Shown here: positions 26,626-32,000 of the stretch, piece after piece
Layout of the letters: each line of letters opens with the position of its first letter
Numbering within the stretch: the stretch's first letter is position 1
Assembly: GCA_964426185.1 (NCBI GenBank)
Contig: CAYRPF010000003.1
Span: 1 to 32,000, forward strand
Direction of reading: 5' to 3'
Source: an uncultured archaeon
Lineage (GTDB): Archaea > Asgardarchaeota > Lokiarchaeia > Sigyniarchaeales > Promethearchaeaceae
Length of the DNA: 32,000 bases
Notes under the pieces: model-generated
What the model was told of the DNA's origin: nothing
Database searches by the model: none
Seen by the model: the letters and a program-made list of their open reading frames with translations, nothing else
Made by a program: the position numbers and the translations under genes

Positions 26626-27540
26626 ATGGCGGATTCAAATTTAAAAATTGCATTAATCGGGTTAGACAATGCAGGAAAAACTTCAATTATACGTACACTT
26701 AACCGAACTTTTAATATTAAAGGAAAAATCACGCCAACTAAAAGTGTTGAACGGACTACTTTCACCCTTTTCTCTCATAAAGGTAGCATTTGGGATTATG
26801 GCGGCCAACAAAGTTATAGAAGTGATTATCTTGAAAACCCTGATCGATATTTAACCGATATTCAATATATTTTTTTTGTTGTTGATGTACAAGATGGAAT
26901 TCGATTTCCCCATGCTACTGATTATTTTAAACAAGTATATGAAATTATTCATGGTCAAAACCCTTCAGTAATTGTGACTGTCTTATTTCATAAAATGGAT
27001 CCAGAGATATCCGATAGTATAGAGTTAAATAAAAGTATAGATCGAATTTCATTAGAATTTCAGCATATCGTTGAGAATAATGAAATTGGTTTTTATAGAA
27101 CATCCATTTATGATCCTATATCTCTACTTAATTCCGTCTCACTTCCAATTCTTGGCAATCAACCGATCTACAATATGATTTCAATGTTATTGGCTGAATT
27201 TGCGATGAGTCATTCCATTGAATATATCGCCGTTTTAGTGAATGAACTATTTGAATTGGGGTCATTTCGATTGAAATCTTCAAAAGAAAATTTCTTACAA
27301 GCATCTCGTGATTTTTATTATCAAGTTACCGCTTCAAAGAATATATTACAATCCGGTGAATATGATGTTAAGGGATATAAATTTGTGATTGTAAATAGAA
27401 ATGTGTTAGATTATAACTATTGCTTAAACTATGCTCATCCAATTGGTCAATTAGAGAATTTACCTTCTAAAGAAGAACTCCGAGGGCTTTTTCAAGTTAT
27501 TAATGAAAAAATAGAAGAATTTCATCCGAGCTTATTTTAA
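26626..27540 (+). CDS. Rag/Arf-like small GTPase with C-terminal extension
   Basis: G1 GLDNAGKTS, G2 PTK, G3 WDYGGQ, G4 HKMD, G5 TSIYD, plus a ~125-aa C-terminal domain. Confidence 0.9.
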   Translation: MADSNLKIALIGLDNAGKTSIIRTLNRTFNIKGKITPTKSVERTTFTLFSHKGSIWDYGGQQSYRSDYLENPDRYLTDIQYIFFVVDVQDGIRFPHATDYFKQVYEIIHGQNPSVIVTVLFHKMDPEISDSIELNKSIDRISLEFQHIVENNEIGFYRTSIYDPISLLNSVSLPILGNQPIYNMISMLLAEFAMSHSIEYIAVLVNELFELGSFRLKSSKENFLQASRDFYYQVTASKNILQSGEYDVKGYKFVIVNRNVLDYNYCLNYAHPIGQLENLPSKEELRGLFQVINEKIEEFHPSLF

Positions 27541-27573
27541 TGAAAAAATAGAAGAATTTCATCTGATTTTATT
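27500..27573. repeat. 37-bp tandem duplication of the GTPase 3' end
   Basis: TTAATGAAAAAATAGAAGAATTTCATCCGAGCTTATT (27500-27536) vs TTAATGAAAAAATAGAAGAATTTCATCTGATTTTATT (27537-27573), 34/37 identical. Confidence 0.88.
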
Positions 27574-27669
27574 CTTTTTCTACTTATCAAATTTAAATTT
27601 TTTCAGCAAATGTGCAAAAATTTTTCTTTTACGCTACTTTGAATAGAATTAATAAGCTAAATCAACAAT

Positions 27670-27759
27670 GGTCTCTCACGGGCAGAGTGGTCTTTGCCGC
27701 CGGGCTTCAAACCCGGATTCCCTTAACCAGGGTGGGAGTTCGATTCTCCTGAGAGACCG
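27670..27759 (+). tRNA. selC: tRNA-Sec (anticodon UCA), 90 nt, 9/4 fold, CCA not encoded
   Basis: Acceptor GGTCTCTCA/TGAGAGACC (9 bp); D-arm GGCAGAG-TGGT-CTTTGCC (7 bp, 4-nt loop); anticodon arm CCGGG-CTTCAAA-CCCGG with TCA at 27707-27709; long variable arm CCCT-TAACC-AGGG; T-arm GGAG-TTCGATT-CTCC (4 bp); discriminator G. Confidence 0.96.
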
Positions 27760-27859
27760 CTTCACATAATAATATTCGTTATTGGCACGTTGTCTCTTAT
27801 CTATACTGCTTCACATAATAATATTCGTTATTGGCACGTTGTCTCTTATCTATACTGCT
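27759..27859. repeat. Perfect 49-bp tandem duplication of the ABCE1 3' end abutting tRNA-Sec
   Basis: GCTTCACATAATAATATTCGTTATTGGCACGTTGTCTCTTATCTATACT at 27759-27807 and 27808-27856, followed by GCT microhomology. Confidence 0.93.
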
Positions 27860-29716
27860 ATTTTTCTTATTTATTCTTGCTCGACCAGTATCTTCATCCC
27901 TTCGAAAAGTAATATCCAAAATTTTAAGAAAAGCATTCATACCTTCACGTTTATTTAAAGGACCAACTGTTTTTCCATGGATTCCAGGAATACCGGTAAA
28001 TAAAATCAATCTGTCAGATAATGCATCTACAATCGCTAAATCATGTTCAATAACCACCGTAGTGGCACTCATTCTTTTAGTTATGGCACGAATTACCCCA
28101 GAAATATGAAGTCGTTCTTCTACATCTAAATAAGCGGATGGTTCATCCAAAATGTATAGTTCTGCGCGTTTTGCCAGACAAGTAGCAATAAAAACACGTT
28201 GTAACTGTCCCCCAGACAAATCACGAACGTTTGAATTTAGGAGTTTATCCACCCCTAAAGGAGAATATAGCAATTGTTTCATAGAATCCGAGAAATCATA
28301 ATTTTGAGCATTATTCATGATAAAATCTTGTACACTGCCATTAAAATCCCTTGTAATATATTGTGGTTTGTACGATACATAACGATCCACCGATTTAAAA
28401 TCACTATTTGAATCGGGGGGGAGTTTTCCTGCGAGAATTTTTGCGAAAGTTGATTTTCCGGTTCCATTTTCACCCACAATACCTAAGATTTCACCTTCGT
28501 AAATTGTACCAGGGCTTACTTCAAGTTTAAATTTATCAAATGTTTTATAGATGCTCCCATAAGTAGCAAAAATTCGAGCATTTTCCCAAGATCGATTGCC
28601 TACACTTCGGCGAAAAGTGATTTTCGATTTTCTAAATTGAATATTTTCCGTTTTAAGAAATCCTGTAAGATACGCATTAATTCCAGCTTTAGTAGATTGG
28701 ACATTAGTGATGACCCCAAATTGGTGTGGTTTCCCGTAAAAGAGATGAATTACATCAGAAAGATAGTCCAATATGGCTAAATCATGCTCAACCACTAAGA
28801 CAGGGTAGTTTATATTGGAGTTGAAACCATTGGCCCTGGCTTGGAGTAATTCCGCCAATTTTATTCGTTTTTTAACATCTAAGAAAGTACAAGGTTCATC
28901 GATGAGATAACAGTCTGCATCTTGAATTAACACGGATGCAATGGCAAATCTTTGGAGTTCACCTCCAGAACACTGAGAAAGTTCTCTCTCTGCAATAGTT
29001 TCGATGTCTAAATGTTCCCAAATTTTCTGAAAGAATGGATCATCAATATTTTTCTGAGATTTAAGGATTTGTGATACAGTTTGACCTGAAAATTTTTCAA
29101 AATAAATACGTAACACTTGCTGTTTATATGCAATTCTGCGATTATCATGATAAATATCATAAAAATGTGCCCGCATCTCGGAATCCCGCACTTTGTTCAA
29201 GAATTTTTTCCAATATTCTTTGGATGAGAATGGAAGATTTAATGATAGTTCACCAAAATTGGGTTGGAGATCGCCACTTAAAATGTTCAAAACAGTAGAT
29301 TTGCCTATTCCGTTAGGTCCACATAAGCCAGTTACTCTTCCTGGAATTAAAGTTGGTAATCCGAACAATCGAAAGCCGTGAGTTTCCATTTGTTGATGTT
29401 TCATATTCTGAAGAACTTGAGTGTTAATGGGAGGATATTCATGAGTAATTAATTCGCTCTCTGGTTCGTCTAACAAAAATATTGAATATATGGCATGACG
29501 GGGGCAGACATTTAAGCATACACCACAACTGATGCAAAATTCAGAGAGAATGATCATTTTGTCTGCGGATTTTTTAAAGCGAATGGGTACTTCAGCCTTT
29601 TTCTGATGAGGTTTTTTGCGTGCGTTACTAAGGGTAATGGGGCACTGTTTCACGCATGGTCTTCCACAACTTTGAGGGGAACATAGATCATAATCTATCA
29701 AAAAAACCTTTTTCAT
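27797..29716 (-). CDS. rli: ABCE1/RLI ribosome recycling ATPase
   Basis: N-terminal Fe-S domain (CSPQSCGRPCVKQCP...CISCGVCLNVCP), two NBDs (GPNGIGKS, SGGELQ, DEP; GENGTGKS, SGGQLQ, DEP), ITFRRD..TGR.RINK, EYYY. Likely ATG 29716 (track start 29728). Confidence 0.97.
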   Translation of the reverse strand: MKKVFLIDYDLCSPQSCGRPCVKQCPITLSNARKKPHQKKAEVPIRFKKSADKMIILSEFCISCGVCLNVCPRHAIYSIFLLDEPESELITHEYPPINTQVLQNMKHQQMETHGFRLFGLPTLIPGRVTGLCGPNGIGKSTVLNILSGDLQPNFGELSLNLPFSSKEYWKKFLNKVRDSEMRAHFYDIYHDNRRIAYKQQVLRIYFEKFSGQTVSQILKSQKNIDDPFFQKIWEHLDIETIAERELSQCSGGELQRFAIASVLIQDADCYLIDEPCTFLDVKKRIKLAELLQARANGFNSNINYPVLVVEHDLAILDYLSDVIHLFYGKPHQFGVITNVQSTKAGINAYLTGFLKTENIQFRKSKITFRRSVGNRSWENARIFATYGSIYKTFDKFKLEVSPGTIYEGEILGIVGENGTGKSTFAKILAGKLPPDSNSDFKSVDRYVSYKPQYITRDFNGSVQDFIMNNAQNYDFSDSMKQLLYSPLGVDKLLNSNVRDLSGGQLQRVFIATCLAKRAELYILDEPSAYLDVEERLHISGVIRAITKRMSATTVVIEHDLAIVDALSDRLILFTGIPGIHGKTVGPLNKREGMNAFLKILDITFRRDEDTGRARINKKNSSIDKRQRANNEYYYVKQYR

Positions 29717-29836
29717 GAATATTTTCAATAATATTTCATATTAAATGAAGTTATACCCACTATTTTTATCTCATTAAATGGAACAACCCAAATGATTTTA
29801 GGGGTGTGGGATTAATTCCTATCAGAAGGAAGGGAA

Positions 29837-30865
29837 ATGGATACACACAAAAAAGAATATGATGTAGTTGGCTTGGGTTCATGTACTATGGATCTAATTT
29901 TTGCAGTTGATGACATTATGCGTATGGAACTTATCGATCGAGACAATGTGGAGAAAAAATACGTTGCTATCGAAAATTCCAGTAAATTAAATGTAAGTTC
30001 TGTAAAATCTTTTCCCGGTGGTTCGGCTGCCAACATTGCATGTGATTTAGCAAATATCGGGATGAAAACTGCCTATATAGGTGGAATTGGAAACGATCCT
30101 GCAGGAATTGCATGTATGAATGATCTACATCATCACCATGTAGATACTTCTGGTGTGAAAGCATTTGAAGAAGATTCAACAGCACATTCGATAATTATCA
30201 TTAATTCCAATTATAAAGATCGTTCAATTTTAGCATACAAAGGGGCAAATGATTTATTTTCTCCAAAACACATTCCAGAATCAATGTTGATCAATACCCG
30301 CTGTTTTGTTTGGACCAGCCTTACTTCTCCCAATGGGATTGAAGCAATTCGAAAATGCATTCGACTCACTAGAAATTCAGGTGGATTTATTGCAGCAGCT
30401 CCTTCCATTTCAATTATCAAAAAAAATCGTTCTGCCGCTCTAGAACTGCTGAAGATGTCAGATATTGTGAGTTTAAATGATGAAGAAATTGAAGCTTTGA
30501 CTGAGATTAAAGGACATTTACATGAAGCAATGGCTCAACTTTTTAAATGGGGATTGAAATGGGTTAATCTTACTATGGGAAAAGACGGGCAATGGTTGAG
30601 TGATGGTAAGACTTTGGTAAAAACTCACCCTCCAACTATTCACGTGATGGATACCACAGGTGCCGGTGATGCAACGATGGGGGGAATAATTTACGGTTAT
30701 CTTAACAAAAAAAGCCTGCAAGAGACATCTATTATCGCCAGTTCATTAAGTGCCATGGAGATTGAAACGCCAGGAGTTCGTGTCGGACTTCCAGAAAAAT
30801 TCTCCGAACTGCAGAAATTTATTGATGAACATGAATTTCAGCAAGAAACGAGTAATTTTCTATAA
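29837..30865 (+). CDS. PfkB/ribokinase family carbohydrate or nucleoside kinase
   Basis: PGGSAANIA, G.IGND..G, N.EE, DTTGAGD. Confidence 0.93.
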   Translation: MDTHKKEYDVVGLGSCTMDLIFAVDDIMRMELIDRDNVEKKYVAIENSSKLNVSSVKSFPGGSAANIACDLANIGMKTAYIGGIGNDPAGIACMNDLHHHHVDTSGVKAFEEDSTAHSIIIINSNYKDRSILAYKGANDLFSPKHIPESMLINTRCFVWTSLTSPNGIEAIRKCIRLTRNSGGFIAAAPSISIIKKNRSAALELLKMSDIVSLNDEEIEALTEIKGHLHEAMAQLFKWGLKWVNLTMGKDGQWLSDGKTLVKTHPPTIHVMDTTGAGDATMGGIIYGYLNKKSLQETSIIASSLSAMEIETPGVRVGLPEKFSELQKFIDEHEFQQETSNFL

Positions 30866-30902
30866 TAATAACTATTTTTTTCCATGATAAACAATAGAAA
30901 AT

Positions 30903-32000
30903 ATGGATAAATCATCACCCATTTCAATAGTAGCTCCTTACAACATGATTATTGCCCGATATGTTGAAATTGGATTAAAATCTCGAAAAGTCAGAAATCG
31001 CATGGAGCAGAGATTACTAAAACATATTCAAGCAATCCTTTCTCGCGAATCGGTCAAATGTGAAAAAGCGTACTGTAAATGGGGGCGTTTGATCTTTGAA
31101 ATTTCAGCACAAGAAATGGAAAAAACCCTTCTCATTTTTCGAAATATTATCGGTATTCATTCTTATTCTCCTGTGATCCAGGTAACAAACCAATTAGATC
31201 AACTGTTTCAAGCTATACAAGATTTTTCTCTTAATTATCTGACAGACAATGACTCCTTTGCTGTGAGGGTAAAACGATTTAAAACCTTTCCTAAAACTTC
31301 TCTTGAATTGGAACGCGAAATCGGTGAACTTGTTTTAAAAACTTTTCAAGAAAAAGAAAAAACGCTTCACGTGGATTTGGATAATCCTAAAAAAACAATA
31401 TACTTAGAAGTAAAAGAAGAAAGCGCCTATCTTTTCGGGGATATCTATTACACTGCTTGGGGCGGAAATCCTATTGAAAACGATAAGGCAATGTTCACAT
31501 TTTGGAAAGGCTTACCTGGAGAATTGGCGTCTGCTTTTTTACTTACCCGTCGTGGAACGGTTACAATTCCTGTTATCTTTTATGATAATTCAACAAAATT
31601 AACACAAGATGAAAACCCATTACTTCCTATTTCAATGAATAATCTGCAAGTGCTGAGTGCGTATTATTCTTTTCCATTACCTTATATAATGGTAAATATG
31701 AAATCAGTAGTGAATTTTTGGGAACAAAAAAATGAAGAAGAATGGCTTGTTTCTTTCTCCAAGGAAGATTTCTATAATAGGGTTGCAATTTTGATAATAT
31801 CTAATTTATTAAAGCAAAAAAACTTAGCAGACCTTTTATTTTGTCAAAATAAACGACTTCTTATAAAAGGTGTGATATTCAGTAATCATTCCTTGTTTAA
31901 CCCAGCGGACCACTCCAACTATTCTATAGATTTATTAAAATTTGTCCAAAGACAAAGCTTATCTTGTTTTTTTCCTTTACTTGGATTACCTTCCCCAGTT
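30903..32000 (+). CDS. ThiI-like THUMP-domain protein with degenerate PP-loop (3'-truncated by window edge; absent from ORF track)
   Basis: Manual translation from ATG 30903 stays open to the window end: IIARYVEIGLKSRKVRNRME, IIGIHSYSP, SFAVRVKR, SLELEREIG, VDLDNPKKTIYLEV, then WGGNPIENDKAMFTFWKGLPGELASAFLLTRRG. Confidence 0.88.
   Translation, partial: MDKSSPISIVAPYNMIIARYVEIGLKSRKVRNRMEQRLLKHIQAILSRESVKCEKAYCKWGRLIFEISAQEMEKTLLIFRNIIGIHSYSPVIQVTNQLDQLFQAIQDFSLNYLTDNDSFAVRVKRFKTFPKTSLELEREIGELVLKTFQEKEKTLHVDLDNPKKTIYLEVKEESAYLFGDIYYTAWGGNPIENDKAMFTFWKGLPGELASAFLLTRRGTVTIPVIFYDNSTKLTQDENPLLPISMNNLQVLSAYYSFPLPYIMVNMKSVVNFWEQKNEEEWLVSFSKEDFYNRVAILIISNLLKQKNLADLLFCQNKRLLIKGVIFSNHSLFNPADHSNYSIDLLKFVQRQSLSCFFPLLGLPSPV

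Noticed and set aside
27670-27759. tRNA-Ser(UGA) on either strand, or tRNA-Trp(UCA) implying genetic code 4
   Set aside because: The 9/4 fold, 7-bp D-stem with 4-nt loop and long variable arm are Sec-diagnostic, and TGA acts as a stop in two intact genes here.
27500-27859. Repeats near tRNA-Sec as a CRISPR array or an att site of an integrated element
   Set aside because: Only two adjacent copies each with no spacers; the duplicated DNA is protein-gene 3' sequence, not the tRNA 3' end; no integrase or cas gene in the window.
698-30721. Numerous 60-160-aa ORFs nested in or antisense to long genes (e.g. 3291-3644, 4254-4733, 20660-21094, 27831-28109)
   Set aside because: Shadow ORFs of well-supported genes, with no motifs or expression signals.

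Overview
AT-rich archaeal chromosomal segment, most likely from an Asgard archaeon (Lokiarchaeia-like). This is inferred from archaeal RadA, ABCE1/RLI, TyrRS, an RpoM-type Zn ribbon, GGTGA-type RBSs and TTTAAATA-type TATA boxes, together with eukaryotic-signature-type genes (roadblock/LC7, Rag/Arf-like GTPase, Rpn11/CSN5-like JAB protein) and a 9/4-fold tRNA-Sec. Most genes are housekeeping or metabolic: HDAC-family deacetylase, PPDK, TyrRS, ADP-forming acyl-CoA synthetase alpha, glucan phosphorylase, Dus, glutamine synthetase, a wHTH regulator with a heterodimeric ABC exporter, M42 peptidase, Mesh1-like HD hydrolase, a surface glycoprotein, PfkB kinase and a ThiI-like protein. Four elements are absent from the ORF track: (1) a tRNA-Sec(UCA) with a eukaryote-like D-loop, lying between two genes whose stop codons both sit in out-of-frame tandem duplications of their own 3' ends; (2, 3) two small minus-strand ORFs (57 aa and 29 aa) with an identical 13-bp promoter core, the 29-aa one divergent from glnA; (4) a ThiI-like gene with a degenerate PP-loop. 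Also notable are a RadA with a long Lys-rich/acidic N-tail, a TFS/RpoM-like protein lacking its C-terminal ribbon, and a ~165-aa insertion in an ABC NBD. No CRISPR array, rRNA, transposase or selenoprotein gene was seen. All family assignments are from motif recognition by eye; no searches were run.
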